Shown piece by piece: positions 17,299 through 27,545 of a stretch of 64,000 nucleotides of DNA. The notes under the pieces were generated by a model, which saw only the letters and a list, made by a program, of their open reading frames with translations, was not told the DNA's origin and made no database searches. This DNA comes from an uncultured virus (IMG/VR IMGVR_UViG_3300028393_000050) (lineage: Duplodnaviria > Heunggongvirae > Uroviricota > Caudoviricetes). Position 1 is the stretch's first letter. Every line of letters begins with the position of its first letter. The position numbers and the translations under genes are program-made. Location: IMG/VR virus record IMGVR_UViG_3300028393_000050; one strand, given 5' to 3'.

Positions 17299-19160
17299 TG
17301 ACCGATACTATTATTGTTACTCCACCGGCCGTTACTCAAGTTACAGTATCGGCTTTAGCTACTGCTAACGTTCTTGTAACTAGTCCAATAATTAATACAG
17401 GAACTTCTGCCGCACCTATTATCGGTATTAATCAAACTTTATTGTCTTTATCTAAGGCTCAAGTAGGACTTACTAATGTAGATAATACTTCTGACCTTAA
17501 TAAACCTATTTCTACGGCAACTCAAACTGCACTAGATTTAAAGCTGGATTTGACTACAGCTTCATCAACCTATGCTACTCCAGCATTTGTTGGAACTGCA
17601 ATATCTAATCTTGTAAATTCTGCTCCTGCTACTTTAGATACTCTTAATGAACTGGCAACTGCTCTTAACAATGACCCAGCTTTTGCTACGACAATTGCTA
17701 CGTCTATTGGTGGCAAGGTGTCTTTGACTGGCTCTTATTCTAACCCATCTTGGATTACAGGACTTGCTTGGTCTAAAATATCTACAACCCCAACAACGCT
17801 TAGCGGGTATGGAATTACTGATGCAGAGCCTACGATTACTGCTGGAACTACCGCTCAATATTTACGTGGAGATAAAAGTCTTGCAACGTTCCCTACAGCA
17901 GTTTCTTTTTTTACAAATGATTCGGCTTATATAACCTCTAGTTCTTTACCTGTTGCTTCTAGCACTAACCCAATAGTAGACGGCACAGCCACAATTGGTT
18001 CATTGGCTACATATGCAAGAGCAGACCACGTTCACCCTACCGATACCTCAAGAGCTGCCTCATCTCACACACACGGAAATATCACAAATACTGGTTTATT
18101 GACCACTGCTGTAACCCTTGGCTCTGCTCCAAAATTTGTTATTACGGATACTTCTACAAACGCTATTGGAACCTATACGCCTACTGGTACAGCATCTGCT
18201 ACTACTTACCTTTCAGGAACTGGTGTTTGGTCAACCCCCGCCGGCGGTGGAGGTGGTGGTTCTGGGTTTACTGGCGCAGGAACACTAATTACAGGAATTG
18301 AAGCAACAAATTTAACCAGTGCTTCTACCGTTACCGCATCTAACATATCTATTCTTGGCGGCAATGCAACATCTTCTTCAAATACCTCTGGAGTTAATGC
18401 AACAGGCGGAAATTTAACTATTACTTCTGGAACTGCTTCTTTAACTGGAAGTTCTGACGGAAGCGCTACTGCTGGAAATTTAACACTTGACACAGGAGCA
18501 GCAAATACCTCCTTTGGTACTCCTGTTTATGGCACTATAACCATTGGTTCTAGTGCTTTACTTACTACACTCTCCGCAGGAAATGGAGGAACAGTAAATC
18601 TTGGCATGTCGGGTACCGCAACAGTAAACATTGGTAATTCCGATAGTTATCCTGGTGCTGGAACAGTTAACATTATGGCTAGAACAGGTGGCGATGCAAA
18701 GACCCTTAAACTTGCTACTGACGGTGGCGCTACTTCAATTAAAGTTGGTACAAGCGCAAGTTCTGCTAACGTTCAAATTGGGGTTAATTCAACTGCTGGA
18801 TTAGTTTATAACTTTGGAAAGTTGTTTACTTGGCAGCCAACCCCTGTTACAACAACTACCGCTAGATTACTTACAGCCGCAGACCTTTTAACTTTTATAG
18901 TTATTAACTCAACTGCTATTACAGGTAACTTGCAGTTACCAACTCCCGCCAATATGGATACTAACTTTCAAAGTGCTTTTACAGATGTTGCGTTTGAATG
19001 GTCTGTGATTAACACTGCGGCTTCTGGGTCTGTAACAGTTACCGCTAACGGTAATCATACAGTAATCGGTAATATGGTTGTTCTTTTTAACACTTCGGCA
19101 AGATTTAGAACTAGAAGGTCTGCTGCTACCCCTGCATATGTGACTTACAGAATAAGTTAA
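17298..19160 (+). CDS. Fibre protein (head/neck fibre)
   Basis: VGL.NVDNTSD.NKPISTA, APATLDTLNELA.AL.ND, PTTLSGYGITDA fibre motifs. Confidence 0.75.
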   Translation: MTDTIIVTPPAVTQVTVSALATANVLVTSPIINTGTSAAPIIGINQTLLSLSKAQVGLTNVDNTSDLNKPISTATQTALDLKLDLTTASSTYATPAFVGTAISNLVNSAPATLDTLNELATALNNDPAFATTIATSIGGKVSLTGSYSNPSWITGLAWSKISTTPTTLSGYGITDAEPTITAGTTAQYLRGDKSLATFPTAVSFFTNDSAYITSSSLPVASSTNPIVDGTATIGSLATYARADHVHPTDTSRAASSHTHGNITNTGLLTTAVTLGSAPKFVITDTSTNAIGTYTPTGTASATTYLSGTGVWSTPAGGGGGGSGFTGAGTLITGIEATNLTSASTVTASNISILGGNATSSSNTSGVNATGGNLTITSGTASLTGSSDGSATAGNLTLDTGAANTSFGTPVYGTITIGSSALLTTLSAGNGGTVNLGMSGTATVNIGNSDSYPGAGTVNIMARTGGDAKTLKLATDGGATSIKVGTSASSANVQIGVNSTAGLVYNFGKLFTWQPTPVTTTTARLLTAADLLTFIVINSTAITGNLQLPTPANMDTNFQSAFTDVAFEWSVINTAASGSVTVTANGNHTVIGNMVVLFNTSARFRTRRSAATPAYVTYRIS

Positions 19161-19233
19161 GCCTCTAAATAACCAAATAATGCCGTAAAATTAAACAAGG
19201 TTCATGCTTTAACCAATAATTTAGGAATGTAAA

Positions 19234-22200
19234 ATGACCGTAAATAACCCTCAATTGGACGCTACCAATAAACTTCGTATGACTGCGCCACAAGCGCTGA
19301 TTGATACTGACTTTGAGTATGGTACTCAGGTCTCTAAGTGGGAGAACTTGGCGTTAACCAATAACCGTCCATTTGTATATCCAAAAAGCACCCCTATTAC
19401 TTATACAGACATTAAGATTACTAACCGTACCGTTACTGTGACTTTGGCTTCTACTACAGGCCTTGCTGTAGGTACTCCTATCGTAGTTACTGATACTTTT
19501 CAATCTATTGCGAATGGTACATTTGTAATTGAAACTCTTAGCGTTAACACAAACTTTACTTACACAGCTAGAGCTACTACCTCACTTACTGCCGGTACTT
19601 CTATTAACGATGCCAATAAAACAGTTATTTCACAGGGAAATTACTATACTGCAAGTCAAATTAACCCTACAAATATCACTGCAGCAACTAGCGGAACAGC
19701 CAACAACACTATGGTTTCAGATGCCGGTGCCGGTGCTTCGAAAATTAGCGTGTATTTAAACGTCGCTCACGGCCTTTCAATCGGTAACGAGATTCAAGTA
19801 GCCTCAACTACTGGATACACAAATGCTATTGGCGCTTTTTATGTTGCTCAAATTATTAGCCCTACCGCGTTTGCTTATTACAGCCGAGCTACTGTAGCCG
19901 CTGCTAGCGCCCCATCCGACATTAAAATCTTTGCCCGTGCACAAGGATCGGTTCTTCACCGCCCATTTGATGGTGGAGTTATCTTCTCTTCTAATGGTGG
20001 GTCAAACTACGAACAACAGATTCGTCAGACTCGTCGTTATTTCCGATACCAGTCAGGTAAAGGTATTCAAATTTCCTCCGGAACTATCCTTAAGCCTAAC
20101 TTCCAAGTAGATAAGATGTCAGTAGTTGCTTCTACTGGAGTCATCACAATAGTTCTTAAAGACGTTCACAACTTACAAACTGTACCGCCTGATGCCCAAA
20201 TAACTATTTATGGCGCTAATGAATCAGGATTTAATGGTTCATTCTATGTGTCTAACGTAATTAATTACAACACATTTACAGTAACTACCTCTACTACAGC
20301 GTTTGCTGCTGATACAACAGCTTCTGGAAACTACTATGTTTCTACTTCTGGATGGTGGGGAGCGGTAAACCGCCTTGGTATTTTTGACCAGCAAAATGGT
20401 TTGTTCTTTGAATACGATGGTCAAATACTGTATGCAGTTCGCCGTAGTTCTACCTACCAAGTCGCTGGCCGTGGAAAAGTAGCTAAAGATTCCACCGCTG
20501 TCACTAACGGAACACTATTTGCTACTACCGCGTATACCAAACAGTTAACTGGCGGAGATTTTGTTGTAATTAAAGGCCAATCTTACCGAGTTGAAAGCGT
20601 TACAGACGACAGCAACTTTACTATTTCTCCGGCTTATCGCGGTGCCGATGCCGATAACGTAATTATTTCTAAAACTATTGATACTAAAGTTCCTCAGTCA
20701 CAATGGAATTTGGACAGAATGGACGGTAGCGGAAGCAACGGAACTAACGGAAGCGCCTTAACTTACCCATCTGGTTACGTTTTAGACCTTACTAAGATGC
20801 AGATGTTCTATATTGACTACTCATGGTATGGTGCGGGATTTGTTCGTTGGGGGCTTCGCGGCACTGATGGCGATGTGACTTATGTCCACAAAATGGCCAA
20901 TAACAACGTAAACGCTGAAGCATACATGCGCTCCGGTAACTTGCCAGGACGTTATGAGAGTTCAACTATTCCTCCGGTTGCTGCGGTTACTAAAAACATT
21001 GCTGCCGCTGATACCTCAATCACAGTTGCAGATACTAGTACTTTCCCTTCAACTGGCGTGTTGATGATTAAAAACAAAGATACTGTAGAGCACGTTTATT
21101 ACTCTTCAAAAACCGCTACAACTTTTAACGTACAACGTGCATTAGGTGGTGCTAAGGTAACTTCATTTACTACTACTGCAAATAGCAATCTCTTAAACCT
21201 AGGTTCTGCAACTTTTGCCACTGGTTCAGTATCCACTATCCAAATTGGTCAAAGAGTGATTGCCGATAGCCCCAACGTTTTCTCAGATACGTGTTTTGTA
21301 ACCGGTATAAGCGGTAGCACAATTACCCTGAGCAATTCTGCGCTATCAGCCACTTTAGGCATAATTTACTTTGTTCCTATGAGTTCAAGTAGCGGTCAAA
21401 CATTTACGCCTGCAACTAATCCTGTAACTGTAGAACTTGGTTACCCAACATTGGCCCCTACAATTAGCCACTGGGGTACTTCGGTAATTATGGATGGCCG
21501 TTTTGATGATGACAAGTCTTTGCTATTTACTTACGGACAAAAAACCCTTACCGGTCTTACTCCGGTAGGTACCCTTACTCCTGCAGCAGGAACTATTACT
21601 ACTACCTTAAACAGCTCTACTGCCACATTATCTACTACAGCTAATTTAACTGTGGGAATGTATATTGTATCGGCTAACCTCCCTGCAAACACCATAATTA
21701 CAAGTATTGGTGCATCTAGCGTTGTTACATTAAGTGCCGCTGCTACTCTTACAGCGGCTGGAACTTCAACGTCATTTACCGTGGCTAACAGCGCCGCTCT
21801 TATGGCTATTCGTGTCGCGCCTTCTGTTGATAACGGTAAGGGCTCCTACCTTGGTTCTCGTGAACTTATTAACCGTATGCAATTGGTTCTTCGTACTCTT
21901 GACGTTTCGCTTATTGGTTCAGGTAACATCCTTGTTCAGGCCGTGTTGAATAATAGCATTTCAACTGATATTGCTTGGACTAATGCTGTTGGAGATGCTG
22001 CAACCCAGCCTACATCAAGCCTTGCACAAATTGTAGACTATGCGGGTAAGAACGTAGGTTTAGCTACGGCTCAACCGGGTGAAGTAACCGGTGGTTTCTT
22101 TGTTTCTACTACAGGCAGCATTGAGCTTGATAAAGTCCGTGACCTTGGTAACTCTATCTTAGGTGGAGGAGTTACTATTGCTAATCAAGACTTTTCAAGT

Positions 22201-22311
22201 AAAAGCATTTATCCTGATGGTCCTGACGTTCTTACTATTTTTGTCACTAACGTTGGTAATACAGGTCTAGCTCTCTCAAGCCGTTTGTCTTGGACAGAAG
22301 CTCAGGCTTAA
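19234..22311 (+). CDS. Large virion appendage protein
   Basis: RQTRRYFRYQSGKG and IDYSWYGAG.VRWG core plus beta-repeat modules. Confidence 0.65.
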   Translation: MTVNNPQLDATNKLRMTAPQALIDTDFEYGTQVSKWENLALTNNRPFVYPKSTPITYTDIKITNRTVTVTLASTTGLAVGTPIVVTDTFQSIANGTFVIETLSVNTNFTYTARATTSLTAGTSINDANKTVISQGNYYTASQINPTNITAATSGTANNTMVSDAGAGASKISVYLNVAHGLSIGNEIQVASTTGYTNAIGAFYVAQIISPTAFAYYSRATVAAASAPSDIKIFARAQGSVLHRPFDGGVIFSSNGGSNYEQQIRQTRRYFRYQSGKGIQISSGTILKPNFQVDKMSVVASTGVITIVLKDVHNLQTVPPDAQITIYGANESGFNGSFYVSNVINYNTFTVTTSTTAFAADTTASGNYYVSTSGWWGAVNRLGIFDQQNGLFFEYDGQILYAVRRSSTYQVAGRGKVAKDSTAVTNGTLFATTAYTKQLTGGDFVVIKGQSYRVESVTDDSNFTISPAYRGADADNVIISKTIDTKVPQSQWNLDRMDGSGSNGTNGSALTYPSGYVLDLTKMQMFYIDYSWYGAGFVRWGLRGTDGDVTYVHKMANNNVNAEAYMRSGNLPGRYESSTIPPVAAVTKNIAAADTSITVADTSTFPSTGVLMIKNKDTVEHVYYSSKTATTFNVQRALGGAKVTSFTTTANSNLLNLGSATFATGSVSTIQIGQRVIADSPNVFSDTCFVTGISGSTITLSNSALSATLGIIYFVPMSSSSGQTFTPATNPVTVELGYPTLAPTISHWGTSVIMDGRFDDDKSLLFTYGQKTLTGLTPVGTLTPAAGTITTTLNSSTATLSTTANLTVGMYIVSANLPANTIITSIGASSVVTLSAAATLTAAGTSTSFTVANSAALMAIRVAPSVDNGKGSYLGSRELINRMQLVLRTLDVSLIGSGNILVQAVLNNSISTDIAWTNAVGDAATQPTSSLAQIVDYAGKNVGLATAQPGEVTGGFFVSTTGSIELDKVRDLGNSILGGGVTIANQDFSSKSIYPDGPDVLTIFVTNVGNTGLALSSRLSWTEAQA

Positions 22312-22314
22312 CCT

Positions 22315-22851
22315 ATGCGCTCGTATACTCCGGGCGGTAGATTTGATTCTGACTTTGAATCAGACGCCATCAGCGATGCCGTAACTGCCGATCTCACTAA
22401 CCCAGTGGGTACTTTGGCTCAATGGTGGAAGTTTGATTTTGTCAACTCAACAAAAGACACTTTATATGACGTTGAGCCAATTGGTTCTGGCCGTGTTTGG
22501 ATTGGCCCTAAAACTATACCTGTAGTTAGAGCTAGTCTTACACAGGGTACTTCTAAGCTAAACGAACGTGGTTACTACAACACCGACAAATTGCATTTAA
22601 CACTAAACGTAGACGATGTAAGGGCAGTAGCTCCGGAAGTATTTAACGCTGACGGAACTGTTAACGCCACTGACATTACTTTGGTAGATATGTACCGTAT
22701 TATCTATAAAAATGAAGTTTGGCGACCATTCGGTACTCAGCCAGCAGGGTTAGTTGCTAACCGTTATACTTTAATAGTCATGGAACTTAGCCAGCTTGCT
22801 CCTGATGAGCTTGTTAATGACGCTCAATTTTTAGCCTACGCCCAACCATAG
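22315..22851 (+). CDS. Head closure/stopper protein (putative)
   Basis: Position, size, R..YKNEVW motif. Confidence 0.5.
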   Translation: MRSYTPGGRFDSDFESDAISDAVTADLTNPVGTLAQWWKFDFVNSTKDTLYDVEPIGSGRVWIGPKTIPVVRASLTQGTSKLNERGYYNTDKLHLTLNVDDVRAVAPEVFNADGTVNATDITLVDMYRIIYKNEVWRPFGTQPAGLVANRYTLIVMELSQLAPDELVNDAQFLAYAQP

Positions 22852-22860
22852 GAGATATAA

Positions 22861-23292
22861 ATGGCAAATAAACCAGCCGCTAAACCAAAAACTGCAGCTA
22901 AACCACCTGTTAAAGCTAAGGCAGTTAAGCCAACCGTTAAAGCTAAAGCAACTAAACCAGCCGCTAAAACTAAAGCCGCCGTTAAACCGGCTGCTAAGCC
23001 TAAAGCCGAAAAGCCGGTTAGTGAAGATACGCATAAGTTTATGCACGTAATTGACTACGCTGACGACAAGGGTGAATATGCCGGTTCTGCTAGAGTTGAT
23101 GACACGCGCCCAGCTGCTATTGTAAATCAAATGAATCAGATGAAGGGTGATGGGCTTAACCCTAGCCTTAGAATTGCTTACTCTGAGCTGCCTAAAGACA
23201 AAGCGGCTCCAGCAAAACTGAATCCTTTGAAAGGTTCTGTCTCTACTACACAAAAAGAAGTTAAAGACCGCAAGAAAAAAGGCATGATTTAA
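22861..23292 (+). CDS. Histone H1-like Lys/Ala/Pro-repeat protein
   Basis: KPAAK/KP.VKAKA repeats; AGGAG RBS. Confidence 0.7.
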   Translation: MANKPAAKPKTAAKPPVKAKAVKPTVKAKATKPAAKTKAAVKPAAKPKAEKPVSEDTHKFMHVIDYADDKGEYAGSARVDDTRPAAIVNQMNQMKGDGLNPSLRIAYSELPKDKAAPAKLNPLKGSVSTTQKEVKDRKKKGMI

Positions 23293-23294
23293 AA

Positions 23295-23429
23295 ATGCCT
23301 TTTAAGTCTAAGCAGCAAGAAAAGTTTATGTTTGCAACTATGCCAAAAAGAGCTAAGCAATGGGCTAAAGAAACCCCTAATCAAAAAGCTTTGCCTAAAA
23401 AAGTAAACGTAAAGAAGAAGAAAAAATAA
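23295..23429 (+). CDS. 44-aa basic protein
   Basis: MPFKSKQQEKFMFA..P..AKQWAKETP...LPKKV. Confidence 0.7.
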   Translation: MPFKSKQQEKFMFATMPKRAKQWAKETPNQKALPKKVNVKKKKK

Positions 23430-23761
23430 TGGCTAGCGAAGCATGGCAGAAAAAGTCTGGTAAGAACGCTAAGGGCGGCCTTAACGAAAAGGGCCGTAAG
23501 TCCTACGAGAGGGCTAATCCTGGCTCTAACCTAAAGGCACCTGTAAAGTCCGGTGACAACCCCCGTAGGGCCTCTTTCTTGGCTCGTATGGGCGGTAATC
23601 CAGGCCCTGAGCGTAAGCCTAATGGTGAGCCTACAAGACTTCTCCTATCGTTGCAGGCTTGGGGAGCTTCATCTAAAGCAGACGCTAAGAAGAAGGCAGC
23701 GGCTATGTCTAAGCGTTTAGAGGGCAAGAAGAATGTTTCCAAAAAAGCAAAATCTAAATAA
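23429..23761 (+). CDS. DUF6321-like basic protein
   Basis: AWQ...GKN..GGLN.KGR.SY...RRASF.ARM...SL.AW. Confidence 0.7.
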   Translation: MASEAWQKKSGKNAKGGLNEKGRKSYERANPGSNLKAPVKSGDNPRRASFLARMGGNPGPERKPNGEPTRLLLSLQAWGASSKADAKKKAAAMSKRLEGKKNVSKKAKSK

Positions 23762-23912
23762 AGCTGAGGCGGCTATGCGTAAAGCGGCGTCTGCTGAATT
23801 GCACGAAAATATGGGTAAATTTAAAACGGGTGGGCATAAGAACCCCGCTACTAAAAGAACTAGAACAAGATCGGCAGCTAATAAAAAAGCTGTTGGCGAC
23901 TTTGAGGAGTAA
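23733..23912 (+). CDS. 59-aa basic protein with MxPK tag
   Basis: Manual translation MFPKKQNLNKAEAAMRK...GDFEE. Confidence 0.5.
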   Translation: MFPKKQNLNKAEAAMRKAASAELHENMGKFKTGGHKNPATKRTRTRSAANKKAVGDFEE

Positions 23913-23920
23913 AGACAATA

Positions 23921-23977
23921 ATGCCAGAATGTAAGTGCGATAATTGTAAGTGTCGAAAGGACCAGCAAAATGGCTAA
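23921..23977 (+). CDS. 18-aa Cys micropeptide
   Basis: MPECKCDNCKCRKDQQNG; fills gap. Confidence 0.4.
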   Translation: MPECKCDNCKCRKDQQNG

Positions 23978-24140
23978 GTCGTCTCAATGCAATAAGTGTG
24001 CTGGCTGTAAAAAAGGAACTATGTGTACCACAGCTTGGACTGAAGCAAAAAATAATAGAAATTCTGGCAGTAATACAAAAAATATGACTCCAGCCCAAAA
24101 GAAAGCCTTTGGTAAGGCTACTGTTAGGAAAGGCAGATAA
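23970..24140 (+). CDS. 56-aa basic Cys protein
   Basis: MAKSSQCNKCAGCKKGTMC...; AAGGA RBS. Confidence 0.6.
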   Translation: MAKSSQCNKCAGCKKGTMCTTAWTEAKNNRNSGSNTKNMTPAQKKAFGKATVRKGR

Positions 24141-24142
24141 AC

Positions 24143-24412
24143 ATGGCAATGCACGCTAAAAAGAATGCAACAAACAAGGGTAAGAACCCTTGGTCAGGTT
24201 CAAAGGCTGATGAAAAAGCTGATAAGAAAGAAATGCAGGGAATGAACCCTAAGCAGAAAGCCGCCTTTAAGAAGGGCGATAAGAAGATGGATGCTAAGAA
24301 CCCATCTAAGTCTGCTGACATGAAGATGGACAAAGCTCTAGCCGCTAAGGTTAAGAAGTGTACTAATGGTAAGTGTGGAAAGTGCCCTACCTGTAAAGGA
24401 AAGAAGAAGTAA
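24143..24412 (+). CDS. Lys-rich protein with C-terminal Cys cluster
   Basis: K-rich, CxxxxCxxCxxC. Confidence 0.7.
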   Translation: MAMHAKKNATNKGKNPWSGSKADEKADKKEMQGMNPKQKAAFKKGDKKMDAKNPSKSADMKMDKALAAKVKKCTNGKCGKCPTCKGKKK

Positions 24413-24414
24413 TA

Positions 24415-24750
24415 ATGGCCGCTAATCCAAAACCAACACGTAAAAAAGTTATTACCAATACGGTTAGAACCCCAAGCGGTGCTAAAACTCCTGTTCAAAG
24501 TAATAAAGACGTTGCTAAAAATAAATGGGTTCCTACTAAAGGTGTTTCATACTCTAGAACAGACAAGCCATCTTACGATAATAAAGGCAAGTTGGTTAAT
24601 GAGGCTTTAAACATTAACAAGGACTTAAAGGGCACTAAAAAAGCTGTAAGACAAGGTAACGTTGCCGGTAGAACTACCGTTGGTAAAGCTACAAACCCTG
24701 TTAATAAGCCTATGAAAGATGGCCCTTCTTTTAAGAAAAAGAAACCATAA
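24415..24750 (+). CDS. Basic hypothetical protein
   Basis: Operon continuity. Confidence 0.65.
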   Translation: MAANPKPTRKKVITNTVRTPSGAKTPVQSNKDVAKNKWVPTKGVSYSRTDKPSYDNKGKLVNEALNINKDLKGTKKAVRQGNVAGRTTVGKATNPVNKPMKDGPSFKKKKP

Positions 24751-24764
24751 TAATTAAAAAGTTT

Positions 24765-24791
24765 AGCCCCCTAACTGGGGGCTTTTCTTTT
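24765..24791 (+). terminator. Intrinsic terminator
   Basis: AGCCCCC-TAACT-GGGGGCT-TTTCTTTT. Confidence 0.8.
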
Positions 24792-24863
24792 ATCCTAATA
24801 GTAGCCCTATGCGGGGGCTGAATCAAATTTGCGTTGTATCTTGCTTACTCTTACGGAGACCCA

Positions 24864-25019
24864 ATGGTAGTTTTAGACCGGGATAAGAAGAAAATTTCTG
24901 AACCCTCTAAACCTGATTTTTATCATGGTGCGATAGGCACACGCAAAAAAAAGCGTAATGATGATTTATGGCCATTCTTAATGGGGTTCGTATTGGGTAG
25001 GTCAAGGCCACGCAAATAA
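24864..25019 (+). CDS. Small hypothetical protein
   Basis: GGAG RBS before ATG 24864. Confidence 0.55.
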   Translation: MVVLDRDKKKISEPSKPDFYHGAIGTRKKKRNDDLWPFLMGFVLGRSRPRK

Positions 25020-25342
25020 TGACTGATTTTAAAACCCCTATTAAAGCCTCTCTAGGCCAATTAAGTAAGTCTTTAACAGACGGCTTAAGAAAAGACGCTA
25101 TTAAAGCTGGTTGGCCTAAAGAATATGCTAACTCCTTACAAGTAATTATTTTAAATGGCGATATTACTATAAAATACTCAAAAGAACTTGAAACAGCCAT
25201 TGAAGATTTAGAGTATGGCACTAAAACTATTCCTCCAGTTCCTGTTTTGCGTAAGTTTATTGACAAGTATACTACCGACATTATTAATGACATTATGGAG
25301 TCTTCAGTGTTAGCCCTTATTAAAGCGGATGCAATTCCATGA
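25019..25342 (+). CDS. Neck/tail completion protein (putative)
   Basis: LEYGT...PP.PVLR motif (HK97 gp10-like). Confidence 0.6.
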   Translation: MTDFKTPIKASLGQLSKSLTDGLRKDAIKAGWPKEYANSLQVIILNGDITIKYSKELETAIEDLEYGTKTIPPVPVLRKFIDKYTTDIINDIMESSVLALIKADAIP

Positions 25343-25956
25343 GTTTTATTTTAAGCGAGGACCAAGCTTTAAAGACCCTACTTACTGGAATCACAGTAGT
25401 AGATGAAAAAAATGCTTCTAGAGCAGTTGGCGTATGGTTTTCAACTCCAGATATTGAATCTAGAGCCCAAAGCTATCCTTACATGACTATTGAACTTCTT
25501 GACGTAACCCAAGCTACGTACAGGCAAATGGTCGGATTATTTACGGATAACGACCTCCAAGGCACTGTTGCCCCAATAAGTAATAAGACTTATACGTATG
25601 AAGTTCCCGTAGCTATGGACTTGGTATATCAAATTACTAGTTACGCTAGGCACCCGCGCCATGATAGGGCTATTATGTCTTACCTATTAAATAAGGTATT
25701 TTTAGGCAAAAGAGGGTATTTGGCTGTGCCAAACGATTTAGGCACCGAAACAGGATACCGCCACCTACTGCTAGACGAGTTTGTTAAAAGAGACACTATT
25801 GAAGATGGCAGGAGACTATATCGTAACGTGTTTACGGTAACTGTTACTAGCGAGTCTTCTGTAAACTCATCTGCGGCTGACCTGTCTAAGGTGGCTACAA
25901 GTGTTACAATTAATACGATTACAACCCACATCCCATCCGATAAACAACCTATTTAA
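25339..25956 (+). CDS. Tail terminator protein
   Basis: YPYMTI, PV..DL.YQI; precedes sheath. Confidence 0.65.
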   Translation: MSFILSEDQALKTLLTGITVVDEKNASRAVGVWFSTPDIESRAQSYPYMTIELLDVTQATYRQMVGLFTDNDLQGTVAPISNKTYTYEVPVAMDLVYQITSYARHPRHDRAIMSYLLNKVFLGKRGYLAVPNDLGTETGYRHLLLDEFVKRDTIEDGRRLYRNVFTVTVTSESSVNSSAADLSKVATSVTINTITTHIPSDKQPI

Positions 25957-25997
25957 TATACGGCTAAATTCATTAAAACCTATTAAGGAGAAATATC

Positions 25998-27530
25998 ATG
26001 GCGTATTTACGTCCCGGAGTATTTGTTGAAGAAATTGCAACACAGGCTCCCGTTGTAGGAACCGTATCTACTACAGTAGCGGCTTTCTTAGGCCTATCTG
26101 ACAGAGGACCGGTTGTTCCTACCCTAATTAACTCATGGAGCCAGTTTACTGCACAGTATGGTTCATGGGGAACCCGTAACAGCCTTGCTGAAGCGGCTTA
26201 CATGTTTTTTGCAAATGGCGGTAGCCAAGCTTATTTCCAGCGAGTAACTGCTACTGTCGGTAGCCCAGCGACTGCTACTCGTTCATTTAACGACACCACT
26301 TCAGTAACTCCAGTTGCTACTCTTAGGGTAGATGCTAAGAACTATGGTACATGGGGAAACAGCATTTATATTGAAATTACTGCTAGCACTATTTCAACCA
26401 CATACTTTAACTTAAACGTATATTACAACGGTACAACACAGGCTAACGTAGTAGAGCGCTATAACGACGTTACAATGCTTACCACAGATAGCAACTACGT
26501 AGTAAGCACAATTAATAATTCATCTAACTACATTTTTGTAACTGACTTAGTTCCTGCTGACACATTTGAGGCTACTGACAACCCTGCTGTTATTGCGCCA
26601 GCTTCTGCAGCCCTTACTGCAGGTGCTGATGGTACTAAGCCAACTGATACTATTATTGCCGCGGAAGTTACTAAGTTTGATACAGTATCTAACGCTTTGG
26701 TGTTTAACGCCCCTGGTATTACCGCGGCCGCCGATGTCGATGTTATCCTAAACTATGCGTACAACCGTGGTGACGTGTTTGTGGTTATTGACGCTACACA
26801 GGCATCCACTACGTCTGCTGCTCAAATAACTTTGTCTAACGCATACACGGGCGGAACTGCCAGTACGCCTGCTCTTGCATACGGTGCCGTTTACTTCCCC
26901 AACTTAACAATTCCTAGCCCAACTTCTACTGTCCCTGGAGCTACTAAACTCACTTATCCAGGAGCAGCAGTTGTGGCTAAGTACACGACTACTGATACAG
27001 CCAGAGGCGTATTTAAAACTCCAGCTGGTTTAGACGCTCGTTTAGCAAATGTTATATCAGTAGATAAACTTACTAACACTGAGCTAGATAACTTGAACAA
27101 CGCTACGAAGGCAGTTAATGCTATTCGTTATGTGCCAGGTTCTGGAATCGTAGTAATGGGTGGACGTACTCTAAAGCAGGGTTACACAGACCGTTATATC
27201 TCCACTCGTAGAACATTAATCTATTTACGTAAGCAACTTTCTGATTTGACTCAGTATGCGATCTTTGAGCCAAACAATGAAAGACTATGGGACAGCCTAA
27301 GAAACACAGTTGAGGCTACTCTAGTTAGCTTCTGGCAATCAGGCGGTTTGCGTGGTGCAACTCCGGGAGATGCTTTCTTTGTAAAGTGTGACGCAACCAA
27401 TAACACCAGCATTACTATTGCCAATGGTCAAGTAATCATCGAAGTAGGAGTTGCGCTACAGCGTCCTGCTGAATTCGTAGTAATCCGTATTAGCCAGTAC
27501 GACAGTGGCGCTGTCGTAACTATTTCCTAA
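25998..27530 (+). CDS. Contractile tail sheath protein
   Basis: PGVFVEE, GVFK.PAG, RYI..RR, FEPN...LW, PAEFV. Confidence 0.95.
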   Translation: MAYLRPGVFVEEIATQAPVVGTVSTTVAAFLGLSDRGPVVPTLINSWSQFTAQYGSWGTRNSLAEAAYMFFANGGSQAYFQRVTATVGSPATATRSFNDTTSVTPVATLRVDAKNYGTWGNSIYIEITASTISTTYFNLNVYYNGTTQANVVERYNDVTMLTTDSNYVVSTINNSSNYIFVTDLVPADTFEATDNPAVIAPASAALTAGADGTKPTDTIIAAEVTKFDTVSNALVFNAPGITAAADVDVILNYAYNRGDVFVVIDATQASTTSAAQITLSNAYTGGTASTPALAYGAVYFPNLTIPSPTSTVPGATKLTYPGAAVVAKYTTTDTARGVFKTPAGLDARLANVISVDKLTNTELDNLNNATKAVNAIRYVPGSGIVVMGGRTLKQGYTDRYISTRRTLIYLRKQLSDLTQYAIFEPNNERLWDSLRNTVEATLVSFWQSGGLRGATPGDAFFVKCDATNNTSITIANGQVIIEVGVALQRPAEFVVIRISQYDSGAVVTIS

Positions 27531-27545
27531 TAGGAGGAATAATAA

